A stretch of 64,000 bases of DNA. It comes from Monocercomonoides exilis PA203 (lineage: Eukaryota > Protista > Preaxostyla). The position numbers and the translations under genes were made by a program. The notes beneath the pieces were generated by a model. That model was given only the letters and a program-made list of their open reading frames with translations, made no database searches and was not told the origin of the DNA. Positions 36,860 to 49,981 of the stretch are shown in pieces (the stretch's first letter is position 1; each line of letters opens with the position of its first letter). The stretch spans positions 2,170,001 through 2,234,000 of the forward strand of contig LSRY02000003.1 in the NCBI GenBank assembly GCA_001643675.2, written 5' to 3'.

Positions 36860-39800
36860 AATTATCCTTCGATTATTTGTTTTCCTAAAACAACTGCTTT
36901 CTCTCTTTGTTTCATCTTCGATGGCTTGATGAAGGCGCATGACATTAAACGATCTCTCGAAGATCATCCATATAATAATTTGTTCCAAGTAATTTCTTCT
37001 GCTCTGCTCCTGTTTTCTGTAATCTTTCAACTTCCAAATGAAAAGCAGAGGTAATCTCTATTTTTCATTGTGCACTTTGTGGTCGGCTTTTCTCGATTCA
37101 AAATAACATCGCTTCCGTTGTAATATAATTTCAGCTGATATTCCGTGATTGAATGAATATTTCTTTCGTCTTTCTGTGTAAGAATGAAAGACAAGGACTG
37201 GAGCTGAATTCGAGGAGAATTTAAATGTAATGGAAATCACAAAATATATTTTTCAATTATTGAAGAAGGCATTGAAGAAGTTGATTTGAATGAAATGAAT
37301 GAATTTGTTCAAATTGCCTTTTTTTCATCACGAGAATCGCGAATGAAAAATGAAATGAGGTCACAATCAAAAATTGACCATTGAGAAGGAAAGGAAATGA
37401 AGAAATTTTTGATTCTGTTTTGTGGTGCGTTTCATCGAGATGTATAAATAAACTTGATATGAGATCGTCTGATACAAATGAGAGAAAGCATCAGAGAAGA
37501 AGAAGAAGAAGAAGAAGAGAAAAAGATGACATAAATTTTGAAGAAGGTGAATATATGTGGTAAAAGAGAAATGTACAATCAGTTTAATGATATTTCTGAA
37601 GAAGATGATGAAAAGGGTTCATGTGATGTTGTTATTGAGATAAAATATTGTATTTGATAAGTGAACTTCATATTGGAAAAAAAACATAATCACAAAATAT
37701 GTGGCAAACAGATTGATGCATACCAATTGAATTGGATGCCCATCGTTCATTGACTGCTCTTGAGTGGTCGCCTCCTCTTTCCCCTCAGAAACTGAAAATG
37801 TTGATTTCTTCAAATTCCTCTTCTTCATCTTCTTACAATCACACCCATCAGAGTTCAATCATTCTCTCCCTTCTCTCATCCTCTCATCATATTTTCTCTT
37901 CCAATCCACATCCTTTCCCATCTCTCCCACTTCTTTTGAATCTTCTCTCCCAAAACCCAGCTCATTCACACTCACTTCCCCCATCTCTCTGCACTTCATC
38001 AATCTCTTCATCAATTTCACCAAAACTCATCCATTCGCAAGTCCCCTCAAATCGTGCTGCTTCTGATCGCACTTGATAATTCCTGCTTCTTCCTTCAAAC
38101 ATCACTCGTTGTCTGTCTCCTATTCAAAATTAACACATTTCAAAAAAAAATTGAAAAAAATAAAAAATAAGACACACTTGAATGTTGTGTGAAAATGACT
38201 CAAACCAAGCAAACTCTTTTCAACTTCTTTTTGAGTCTCCTCCCTTTCCTTCTTTCTCCAACACACCTTTCAGCAGGCAAGCCACACAAATCAACACCAA
38301 TTCCACTGAAAGGCCTCCATTCAGAATTACGTTCCATTGCAAACATTCCCCCAGAAGTCTTTCATCCTTTTCTTATTCGTTCTTCTTCTTTTCATCAAAA
38401 TTCTTTTTCTTGTATCTTTTCCTCAGTGAAGAACGAAAATACAAGTCATTGTCCCTCAAGTCCTTTGTCTCTTCAAAGCATCCCACCAAATGCTTCAATG
38501 CCAAAATCACATCCCCCAACCCCAATCCCTTTCCATCCGCCATTTTCTCCATTTTCTTTTCAACAACCCACTTCACAAATCGCGCCCGTCTCTTCAAATC
38601 TCACGTCTTCCATTATTCCATCCATCCCTTTACTTTTCCCTTTTTGCTCCAGGTCCCTCAAATCGTTCAATCGCCCAAGCCCCTTTCAAAAGTCAATAAA
38701 TAATTTCTTTTTTCAAAATAATTAAAAAAGAACAGATAAAATCGCCTGAATAGTGATTCAGTCATGCCCTGTGCACACCATAAAACATTTGTTGCTGGCC
38801 CTGTGCATTCGGAAAAATAAAGGTGAAGCAACAAATTGATTCCTTTTCGGAATGTTGGAGGAACATATGCTTCAAAAGAGTCAAAAATATCGATTAAAAT
38901 ACCTGAACGTGCACAATCATTAACTTATTCCTCTGCATCATTTTCATTCTTTTGCCTCAAGACAGGCAAGACGAAGGGCAGCAAAACATTCATTTATTGT
39001 TTGGTTTATTAATAAGGGTGTCCAACCTATAATAATATAAGTGAAGATTTTTGATAAATTATTTGCTGCAGCCAGAGCATGTTTGAGATACTTAGATGCA
39101 CGTTTTCAGATGCACCCATGCGAGTTATAGCACTGCAGAAGGGCAATAATTTTGTTAACAGATGGAGGAGCGAGTGGCTGTTTTCCAATATTGTTTGCGA
39201 AAAGTGAATTGGTGGGTAAAATTGTATGAATATGAACTTAACTGTATATTGCAAATCATATGGCGCAATATCTGCTGTTATATTTTGTGAAAAATAACTC
39301 AAGCAAGATGCAGAAAAAGCTACGACAATTTCAGAAAGATCGAATTGAACAGCTTGTTCATTTCGAGGGAAATGTTGTGTGTACTTGACATATCTTTTGC
39401 GCAGGAATTGTTTTGCATGATTTTTTGGGGAAGGTTGGTTTCGTGGAAAAGGAAAGGGAATTGAGGGGTTGGATAATGGAGGAAACGAGCGGAGCGAGAC
39501 ACTCAGCAGGCCTCAACAACAAACGCATTGCCATTTACGCGAAACACGTTGGAAAACTATCAACAAAGATATGGCGTTGAATAAGTCTTTGAAAAAGAGT
39601 TGATTTCTTGTTTATTTGGATAATATAATCTTTCACTTGCATCATTATCGGTTTCATAAAGGATTTTCTGCTTTTGATGATGTTCTTCATCAGCCATTTG
39701 TTGTCCAGTTGTCTGTTTTTTATGTAGTAAGAGGCAATTTTGGAGAGCAAGAAAGACTGCTTGGCTGATAATAACCAATCCATTGGAGATGGGAAAATAA

Positions 39801-40702
39801 TTCAAGGCCAAAAAGATGGTTTGATTTTTTTATTTCATTCATTTTTATTTAAAGGTGTTCTTTGAATAAATACAGATTGATCATGAACAGGAATTCCATG
39901 GAGAGAAACCTTTTAATCCTTTTTCAAAAGAACCAGAAGTTTTGAGATTATTCTGGTTTGGATTGCATTCGATGATGATATTCGTGACTTCAGCCATCTG
40001 TCATATATGATGCATAGCCTATCAATGCTTAACATGAGTTTGCAAGAGAGAGAAAAGCAATTTGTTTGGCTTATTTGTGAGAGTGTTCGGCAGAAGCGAC
40101 TCTTTTATCTGGGCTGATGAGCTGACTGGGCATTCACATTCAGAACACATTCAGTTTTTTCTATCGCCCAACGTGACCTGGAAAAGCTGACATCTTCTAT
40201 TTTTCTTCACCTTCGCTATCATTCTCAACAGTCTCACTTCAATAAATGATGTTCATTGCCAGAATCGACACATCAATCACATAATCATAAAATTCGTTAT
40301 TTTCTTCTCCTTGCCTTTGAAATTTTTGCAATTGAAATCAGATTCTTCAATCGTCAATGCTTTCTTCGATTTCGAATTCTTCTATGCCAATATCCTCATT
40401 ATGCATGAAGTTCATTTGAATTGTTGACATCATTGGACAAACATAATTTTCTTTTTCTGAGGGAAAAGCAGTTCAACCACGCAAAGTCAGTCAACGATTT
40501 GTGGACTTCCTTCTTTATCTCTTTGCATCTCTCTGACTTTCACATGTTTTGTGATGAAGATTGTTAATTTCATCTGAAATCAACTCATCGAATGATATAT
40601 TTTTCTCAATCGACATTCCTCAAGTAATCATCAACATCTTTATTAAAAGGATTGAATTTTTTCACAATTCTCAATTGCTCCATTTTCATTGGTTTCATCA
40701 TC

Positions 40703-40900
40703 TTCTCCTCCTTCTCCTTCTCCTTCTCTTTCTCCCTCTCCTTCTCCTTCTCCTTCTCCCTCTCCCTCTCCTTCTCCTTCTCCTTCTCCTTCTCCTTCTT
40801 CTCCTTCTTCTCCTTCTTCTCCTTCTTCTCCTTCTTCTCCTTCATCATCATCATCATCTTCTTCTTCTTCTTCACCTTCTTCATCATCTTCTTCTTCTTC
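40703..40900 (+). repeat. Compound (CTCCTT)n/(CTTCTTCTC)n/(TCA)n/(TCT)n pyrimidine microsatellite
   Basis: Read directly from the sequence. Confidence 0.9.
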
Positions 40901-41873
40901 AAATTTTTTTTTACACTTTTTTCTGGATCAGAGAACAGAACTTCAAACGCATTTATTCCATTCAATTCAACAGCTCCGCAAAATTGAACGGAAAATTGCT
41001 TCATTTCCTTTTCTTCGTCTCTTCAATCAATCAATAAAGGAGCTTTCTTTTCATTTTTCAATCACGATTCCTACGAAGAAAAAAAAGATGTCTTCACAAA
41101 TTCATTCATTTCATTCAAATCAACTTCTTCTTCGATTTCTTCAACGATCAATAAAAATAATGTTGAATTTTACGTTTCATTCAACTCCCGTTAAATCCAG
41201 GGCCAAGCATCATCTTTCATTTCGTTCAGAAGCACAAATGATTATTCATTCTTTCACAAAATATCAACTGAAGTTATATTTCCACGGAAGTGATTCTGCA
41301 CAAAGCAAAGAAAAGTTTGCACGTTATCAACAACTGAATCAATTCTGACTTATATTATTTTTAAACTCAAGCATATGAAGTGAAAAGGAAATGGTATAAA
41401 AGCAATTTTTGTTTGGAATGAATGAGTTTGAAAATAGCCTTCGACTGATTACACAGCTACGAAGCAACAGCGAATTATTGCAAATGAAACGATGAGGAAG
41501 AAAAGGAATCGAGAGGAAAAGGCATATTTGAAGAGAAATTATAGAGATTCTTGCTCTTATTTGATACGAAAATTTTGAAATCGGAAAGTTGAGAAAATAA
41601 ATGTTTTTGAAGAACTTTCTGATATGATCGAAGAGAGGAAAACGGAAAATTGCTTTCAACAATGAGCTTTATTTGCATTGGATGAAAAGGAGAAAATAGA
41701 GGAAGAAATGACGAAGAAATGGTTTTATACGAGCGGAGATTAAAGATTGATTGAAAAAAATAAACTTCTGATGAAAAGAAGATGATAGCTGATGGATATT
41801 TCTATGATATGGAAAATGGTCAAAATTAATAAATGGAAGAAATTATAAAGAAATAAGATAAAGGTTATTGTTT

Positions 41874-42980
41874 TCAGTGATTTTTTGTATCAACCGCGCT
41901 GAAAGAAAGTGTTTGAGTGGGAACAAATGCTGAGGTGAGGAGGGTGAGAGAGGCGTCTTGGGGATCTGTCATGCGAACAAGAGCGAATTCTATTGTTTTG
42001 CATGGACTGAGTTGTGTGATTCCGCAGAGATCGGTGTTTGCTCCATTATTTGACACGATTTTGAATGTTGTTATGAGAGGAAGCCATCTGTTGAACTCAA
42101 CATCATCAGCAGTTCCTTGATTCCACACTCTTTTTGATTCTGTTGTTGATCCACATTGATTGAATGGGGATTGGATGATGCTACTGCCATTGAAAAACAC
42201 ATCGTTTCCTCTGCCATTTTTGGCAGTGTTGCCATCGAAGAAGCAAAATGAGATGAATTTGAACCCGCTCATCCAATCATATGTTCTTGTGCAGCACAGC
42301 GCAGCACCGCCGTAGGTGGTTGGATTTTCGACTTTGTTGTTGATGAACTGGCACTCTTGGAGCAAGCATTGTTTTGGTTTTTCTGGTGGAAGCCAATGAA
42401 ATGTGACTGCACCAGCTGCATCACCACCAGTAGTTGCAATGCAGGTACAATTTTTGAACAAGAATTTTGCGTCTGATGGCATGTTATCGAGACCAAAATA
42501 CCAACCAGTTCCACACCAATCAGTTATTGAGCAACTTTCAACTTTGTTTTCTGAGAATGAATAAACAGAATTTGATTGTGGATACCATATTGCAGCTGCT
42601 CCTCCATGTAAAGCAGAACAACTTGTGAAATTGGATTTTGTGATATCTATGTTTAGCAAATATGCGCACAATAACGCTCCGCCTTGGCCATTCCCTGTGG
42701 TTGTACATTTGTTGAACGAACAAGAAGTGATTGTGAGATTTGCATTTGTGCAATAAACATCAAGAGCACCACCATTATTATTTCCTCCATTTGAATCATT
42801 CCATTCGCACCACTCAAAGAGATAGCTATTCAAAGCAGTGAAGGACAATCTGCTTAATTTCTCTTGTTGAGATTCAGATCCGTTATATTTCACAGGATCA
42901 TTTGGTAAAGATCGAGTTTGATGGAGGAAAGAGACATTGAAGGCAGAGAGAGAAGTGGATGGGCTATTGAGGGAAGGGAA
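41874..42980 (-). pseudogene. Leaderless beta-helix cassette F
   Basis: Starts at PSLNSPSTSLSAFN and ends DTKNH*, because of an extra A in the KITG junction. Confidence 0.75.
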
Positions 42981-44520
42981 GAAAGAGAGAGGAGTGAATG
43001 GAAAGAAAGAGAATGAATTTTGCCATTGAATTAAATCGAGAATTTGCTTCAAAATATGAAAATTTCTCAAAATAAATAATTTTAGCATTTATTTGCATAT
43101 GATGTTGAGATAATTAATTATTTTATCACAAACAATTTTCGATGAAATTTCTATGATGGCAAATATGAATTTCTTTTTGTTTCTCTTTTTGTTGAATCTT
43201 TTTAGAATTAATATCCTTTTGATTTCTGCAAATAATTGGAAAATCATTTATTTTTAACCCAATAGTCAAAATACCTTTTGTATTGTTATCTGAATTATCT
43301 TTTGTTCAATCGAAAATACCTATTTTATTGAGAATGTACTTCTTTTGTTTTGTCACTTCATATACTGTTTTTATATTTATTATTTTGCAACCAGGAAATG
43401 AAAAATTGATTTTTAAAAACAATTATTAATTTTTCATTTTGGAAGGAATCAAAAGTCAAGTTCAACAATGACTTGATATTCAAAAATATTTCCTTAAAAA
43501 AAGTCATTGTTGTTGACCGAAAATAATGAAATTCTGAATGTTAATTTTGGTATTCATATTTTTCTTTGAATTTGATAATTTCTTCGTTTGTTCACTTTTC
43601 AATTCTGTATTATTGGATCTATTTTTTAGAAAAACCAAGAACAAAACATTCTCATAAGTTTTTTGGTTTCATTCTTTTGTTGAAACAATCAAGTGATGTT
43701 TTGATTGATATGTGAGTTTATTCAATGATATTTCCACCAAATCATTCTTTTCAACTGAATAAAAAAATGAAAAATAGTTATTTGCATCCCAGTTATCATT
43801 TCATGAATATTCAATTAATATTTATCATCACCTTTTTTGAATTCTTTTTCAATCGAATGTTATCACAGGTTCAAATATTCATTATCACAATTTTTGTTCT
43901 TGTGAGAAGCTTTTTGAAAAAATTTTTTGTCTGTTCTTCTTCAAATGATTCGTTGTGAAGGCCAAGATTTTTTTCATATTCTGAACGAGAAAAGTAATAT
44001 TCTCCGTTCTCAAGTTTGTCTGTTGTTGACAACAATAGTTCAATATTGGGTGATTATCTTTGAAATCATAACAATAATCTATATTTCAGTGTTATCCTTC
44101 AGTTGTTTTTCACATGTAGATTCTGGAAATGTGAATGTTTGAAGTGACAAATTTTAAACAAAAAGTTGAAAAAATAAACAAAGAATAGAAATACACTTCA
44201 AAACAATTATTCTTCTTTTTTGAGAAATGAAAATTGAAATTATTAATTTTTATAATTTTGGAATGATGAATGACAGGACGTTTGAGACATCAATAAGAAT
44301 GAAGTTTATCCTCTCAATGGAAAGGACTCATTTTATATGAAACAATGAATAATAGAATACAAATTCTTTTTCCAAATATGAATTGCAAACAATGATAGCC
44401 TGACATATTGTTGAAATAATTGGAAAGTTATTCTATTTCCTTTCTTTTTATGCAATACCAAAAAAACAAAATGAATAATTTCAAATGAATAATTTGTTTT
44501 GTTTGCTAGTACTTTATGGA

Positions 44521-44753
44521 TAATTTTTTTTTTGAAAACTTCCTTTTGTTTAATCTACAAATTAAATAGAAATTTCATATTATTATCAATTTTCTGTTCT
44601 AACTGATAAAACTTCACCAAAATGGAAACAGAACCTGAGCAATGTAATTATTTCCAAATGAGAAAAGTTACGTGAGTGGGAACAGAAATTTGTTGAAAAA
44701 TTGATTTTTGTTTTTTTGAAATTTAAACAAAAAAAAGTTTTAATGAAAAATTG
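44521..44753. mobile_element. MITE-like copy of the 18684-18922 family inserted in the F/G spacer
   Basis: Shares TTCCTTTTG, CAATGTAATTATTTCCA and GTGGGAACAGAAATT with that element. No counterpart is visible in the paralogous D/E spacer near 33750. Confidence 0.6.
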
Positions 44754-45434
44754 ACAATATCATCTTTTTTTCATTGAAAAATACATTATCCTTGATTGGT
44801 CAATGCAAATACAGTATCAAATAACGATTAATATTACAAATGAAGTGTTTTGTTTTAGAATTTCAAAGATAATTTAGCAAAATGATAAACAGTGGAAATA
44901 TTCACGCCAAATGTCAATAATGTAATGATTTTTTAAGATGAAATAATAAAGTCATCCTTTAATTCACTTTCACCATTTTATTCTTAAAAACTTGTTCTTT
45001 CACAAATAAATGAAATGAAAAAATGAAATGATTTATTAATTCCGAATTATCCAGTGTTCAAGCCAGAAAACGAATATTTAATAACAGTGGTATATTTCGA
45101 TTTCTTGTTGAATTATGTGTTTTCAGTTTTCTCAGAAATAAATATCTTTATAAATTGCGATCTGTTTGTTTTTTTGAAGATAACGTGACAACGAAACAAA
45201 ATAAAAATTTAATTATTGATTCAAAAATTCATTTCTATAATTTTTTAATTTTCATTTTCATTGCAGAAAACACAAGGCAATTTTTTTTCATCAAAAGGAA
45301 TAATTCAAAGGAAAAGTGAAACAATTTGATCAATTTCATTTTTTTAAATATAGCAAACTGCAAAAGCTCTTTCAACAAAATCAATCCATTTTAAAACATC
45401 CAATTCATCATTCGATTTCCTTCTCGTCCCATCT

Positions 45435-46509
45435 CTCACTTCCATCCCTTCCCTCACACTCACTTTATCCATTCACCTCAACCACTTCCTCTTCTCTCTC
45501 TTCCACTTCCACAAACACCAACACCAATACAATCCCCTCCTTCTCTCTTCATTCATCTCTCTCCATCCACTCAACCATCTTCCTCCTCACCCACAACCCT
45601 ATCGATGGCGCCATCCTCCCCAACCTCAACAGCCCATCAACTTCTCTCTCTGCCTTCAACTCCTCTTTTCTCCACCAAACACGCTCTTCATCAAATGCTC
45701 CTGTTGTATATGAAGGAACTGAAATCGACAGAAAGAGACCAGGTAGATTGACTTCATTCGATCAAAACAGTCATCGCTTTGAATGGTGCATATGGGAAAA
45801 TTCAAGTAGTGGATCTTCAGCAGGCGGTGCACTTCATGTTGAACGTGCATATGCAAGTCTCGCAATCACTTCATGTTCGTTTTTCAATTGTTCAACAAGC
45901 GATCATGGAGGAGCATTGTATTGTCACAGTTTGTCAAAAATTAATTTTGAAAAATCTAATTTTTCAAATTGTTCTGCATTACATGGAGGAGCGAATTGTG
46001 TAGTTAATCCTCTATCCAATTCTGTTTGGACATTCTCGCAAATTAAAGTGGAAACTTGTGAAATAACTGATTGGTGTGGAACTGGCTGGTATTTCAGACT
46101 CAATAACATGCCAAATAATGCAAAATTCTTGTTTTCAAGCTGCATGTGTATCGCCAATACTGGTGGTAATTCAGCCGGATCGTTAACATTTTATGACCCT
46201 CCAAATAACAAACCAAATCAATTTTCAATCAATGATTGCCAGTTTAAAAACAACAAATTGACAAGTGCATCTTCCACACGCGGAGGAGCTGGACTGTGTT
46301 GCACAAACACCTTCACTTGGATGAGCGGATTCAAATTCATCACATTTTGTTTCTTCGATGGAAATACTGCAACAAATGGCAGAGGAAATGATGTGTTTTT
46401 CAATGGCAGCAGTATCACCCAATCTCCTTTCCAGCAATGTGGTTCAACAACCCAAGCAAAAAGAATGCAAATTAATAAAACTGCAGATTATCAGACTTTC
46501 AATAGCTGA
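45435..46509 (+). pseudogene. Leaderless beta-helix cassette G
   Basis: Runs from SLPSLPSHSL through THNPIDGAILPNLNSP to CGSTTQAKRMQINKTADYQTFNS*, with no signal peptide. Confidence 0.75.
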
Positions 46510-49110
46510 CTTACTCTCATTTTTGCTTTCTTTATAATCGCCTCTCCTCTCATTCCTTCTTTTCTCTCTTTTTTCATAACTTTTGATTTCTCCCGTAATT
46601 CATCGATTTGTCTTCTTTGTTGTTCTGCTTTTCAATTTTTTTCGCTTCTCAAGCATCTTCCTTTTCTTATCCAAATAATCTCTTTTGTGCTGTTCAACCT
46701 TCCTTCTCTTCTCAAATTTTATTTCCAACTCATATTTAAAATCCATTCATCTTCTTCCTTTCTTCCAAAAATATCTTCAATCTTCTCAATCTCATTTCCA
46801 TCTTGCATGAGCCCTTGATCAAGATTTTCTTTTCTTTCTTTTTCTTATATTTTTTTTGTTATGTTTTCCTTCAGCTGTATAATTTCTCTGTTTCCTTTTC
46901 ATTTCTCTCTTAATCTCTGATGCAAACGCAGAACGTGAAGAAATTCGATCAGATGAAGTGAATGAAGAAGAAGAAGAAGAAGTTGTGTGAAATGTTGTTG
47001 ATATATTTGAAGAAGAAGATGATGATGAATGGATTGAATGAGATTATTAATTGTTGAAAATTGAGATGATGAGTATCAATTTTCATCAACGTAGAATTTC
47101 ATTGAAATTCTCTTCTTCAGGATTTTGTCTTCTTCTGGCAAATAATATCCTTTGAAATTCATAGCAATTTCAATTTGATTCTTTCTCTCTTTCCAACAAA
47201 AAATATGAAATATAGGTCAATCTCTTTTTCATTCCATTTCATTCAATTTTTCGCTTCCCCTTCTTTCACAAAAAATCATCTTTCCTCAAACATAATTCTT
47301 CGCCAAAGGTTAATGCCAGGCATCTTCATAATATCTCGCATTTCATCTGTCTGTCTGTATTTTTCCTTTCCTGCTTTTCTTCTTCTTCTTCAAAGCCACC
47401 TAATCCTTCGCTCTTTCAGCATTCTTAAAAAAAAATAATAATCACTTCAAAAAAATAACAATATCAAACCTTCAGAACCTATTTTTAAGCCAATGCCTAT
47501 ATTTTATCCCGTTGGCACCTGTTTTCCTCCAATTCAATTTCATTATTCCTTTCGTTTTCAAGTGTTTCATCATCTGATTCCCCAACCATCCTTTCCATAA
47601 GTCATTTATCCATCAAGTGCATCGATTTCCCTTCCTTCTGAAAAATGTGAAATTCATGCATTCTGCTCAATTCCACCCTCATCATTGAAAAATATCATTG
47701 TTTTTCGTCTGAAAATATCATCTCCAATTCCCTTCCCAATCCCTTCACCCTGGGCACTTTCCATATGAATTCGCTCTCCCAACTCCATAGCCACCCTGCA
47801 CAACGAGATATCCCGCTTTCATTCATTTTCATTCTTTTCCACCTCCTGCCCTGAAAACAACACAAAAAACATCAAAAGGCAAATGTTCATATAAAGAAAA
47901 TAAATAAAGACCAAACTGAACTTCGACTGCTTTTTGCCAAACACACTCATTTCCACAACAATCATCATTCAAAAAATAAATCAATCTCTTCATTTCAGTC
48001 TCAGAATGGTCAAATTGCAGCATGGAATGCATCTCCACAAAATACATCGTGTATCTCACTGGAGGGTCTTCTCAGCCCGTACACATCGTGGTGGATGTGC
48101 AGAGGTGTTTTTTCTGTTTTTGGCATGATCATCTCCTTTAATAGTATTCTCAACCATTAAAAGAAGTATTTGATGTTTATTTCATCAACACTATGCATAG
48201 GAGGGATATGGAGCAGAGAAGAGAAGGAAGTTTAATTTTTGTGGCAGGGGGTGGATGTTGAGAATTTTATGGAATGTTAATGTTTCAATAGGGGTTTTTG
48301 AATGAAAGAAATTTGGAGACAAAGGGATGGAGAAGAGCAGATGGAGATTTATAGAAGAAAATGTAGAAAATATGTAGAGAAGTGGTTGGAGATGATGAAA
48401 GAGGGCTTATGGTTGAAAGGAGATATGGAATTTGAAAAAAAGGAAAAGAGGGCAAAAGCGGGAAAGAAGATGAATATTCTGAAGTGTTCAAATGAAAGAG
48501 GGGTATTTTTTATGAAAGGAAATGATTTTATGGAAGAGACAGGGAAAGATGAAGAAAAGGAGGGGATTGATATTTTCTGATGATTTCGTGAGCTGAATGG
48601 AAGAAGGGAATGGAAAGGAAAGGAAATTGAGAAAAATCAACATTCTCTATTTTTGAGGGGAAAGGAGGGGAAATCGCAAAAAGAAAGTGAATTGACTTTG
48701 GAAATATGCAACTTGAGTGATTTCCACAGTCTGTTCGTCACAAATATTGTGATTGAGTTTTTCTAACCAATCTGAAATTTATACATCAAATGAGACATTT
48801 TGGCCAATCAACAACTTCATACAAATTATTCTCAACATCATAAATATCGTTCGACTGATTCCGCATTTCTCAACTGCATCTTCTTCTTCCACATCATTTC
48901 CTTCTTTTTCATCATCTTCTTCTTCTGATAATCCCCCTTCATTCAATTAACCATCTTCCTCATTTTTCAATTTGCAAACACAAAATTCGCCTTCTCACAA
49001 TTCACTTGCTTATTCAGCGACAAGCATGCCTGTTATGAACCGCATGGCCAAAAACACACAAAATCTACTTCAGTCACATATTGCTTCTTCTTCTTTAACT
49101 TCAATTTCTT
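46510..49110 (+). repeat. Segment X' (right): inverted paralogue of 25585-28235
   Basis: See segment X. It contains the second SWR1-derived fragment at ~48915-49095. Confidence 0.85.
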
Positions 49111-49981
49111 CTTCTTCTTCTTTGACCTCGTTCTTCCTCATACGTTCGCACATTCACACAGCATCTATCTTCATTTCAAAATTTGTGATCCTTCTTTTCT
49201 TCTTCAACGCCTTCTTCAGTGAACAACAAAAAATTGTCATTTCCATTTCATTCAGCTCCTGTCAAATTCAGGGCCAAGTGTCATCTTTCATTCTTACTCA
49301 GAAATACGAAAGAAATATTTATTCAAATAATGAATGTCAGCAGAAATTATGATACAACGAAATGGAAGTAACTTTTAGAGGAGAATAGGCTATTAGCAGC
49401 GCAAAATAAAAAAAAAAGTGAGGTTGATTTTTCCCTTTTTCATTTGGAAGTTGAAAGAATTCACAGAAATTATAAAGAACATGGCAAAAGTGATATTTGG
49501 AATGAACGAGTTCCGAAATTAACCTTCGATTGATTTTGCAAACTCAACCACAGCGAATTGTTGGAAATGAAACAATGAGGAAGAAAAACAATATTGAAGA
49601 AAAAGCATATTTGAAGACAAATTGCATGAGATTCTTGCTCCAATTGGATACAATTTAGATGGAATGAGAAAGTTAAGGAAAGTTTAATCTGAAGAAAATT
49701 GCCAGATGTGATTGAAGAAATGCTATTTAAAGAAAGGAAAACGGAAGATTCCTAAAAGCAACAGCAGAATTTGCATTTGATGAAAAGGAGAAATTAGATG
49801 AGGAAATTTCAAAGAAATGTGTTTTATGCGATCCGATGTTAGACTTCTCGAAAGAAAAGTGACGATATGTTCTCGTGTTGAAAAGAAGATGAAAGCTGAT
49901 GGATATTTCTATGATATGGAAAATGGTCAAAAATGAGAAAATGGAATAAAGAATAAAGAAATAAGATAAAGGTTATTGTTT

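Noticed and set aside
37732-38725. Ninth beta-helix cassette in the pyrimidine-rich central ORFs
   Set aside because: There are no NPIDGAILP, GGA or GRGNDVFF motifs; the resemblance is only compositional.
40561-41348. ORFs with poly-Leu, poly-SP or poly-EK (also 29088-29633)
   Set aside because: They are translations of microsatellites.
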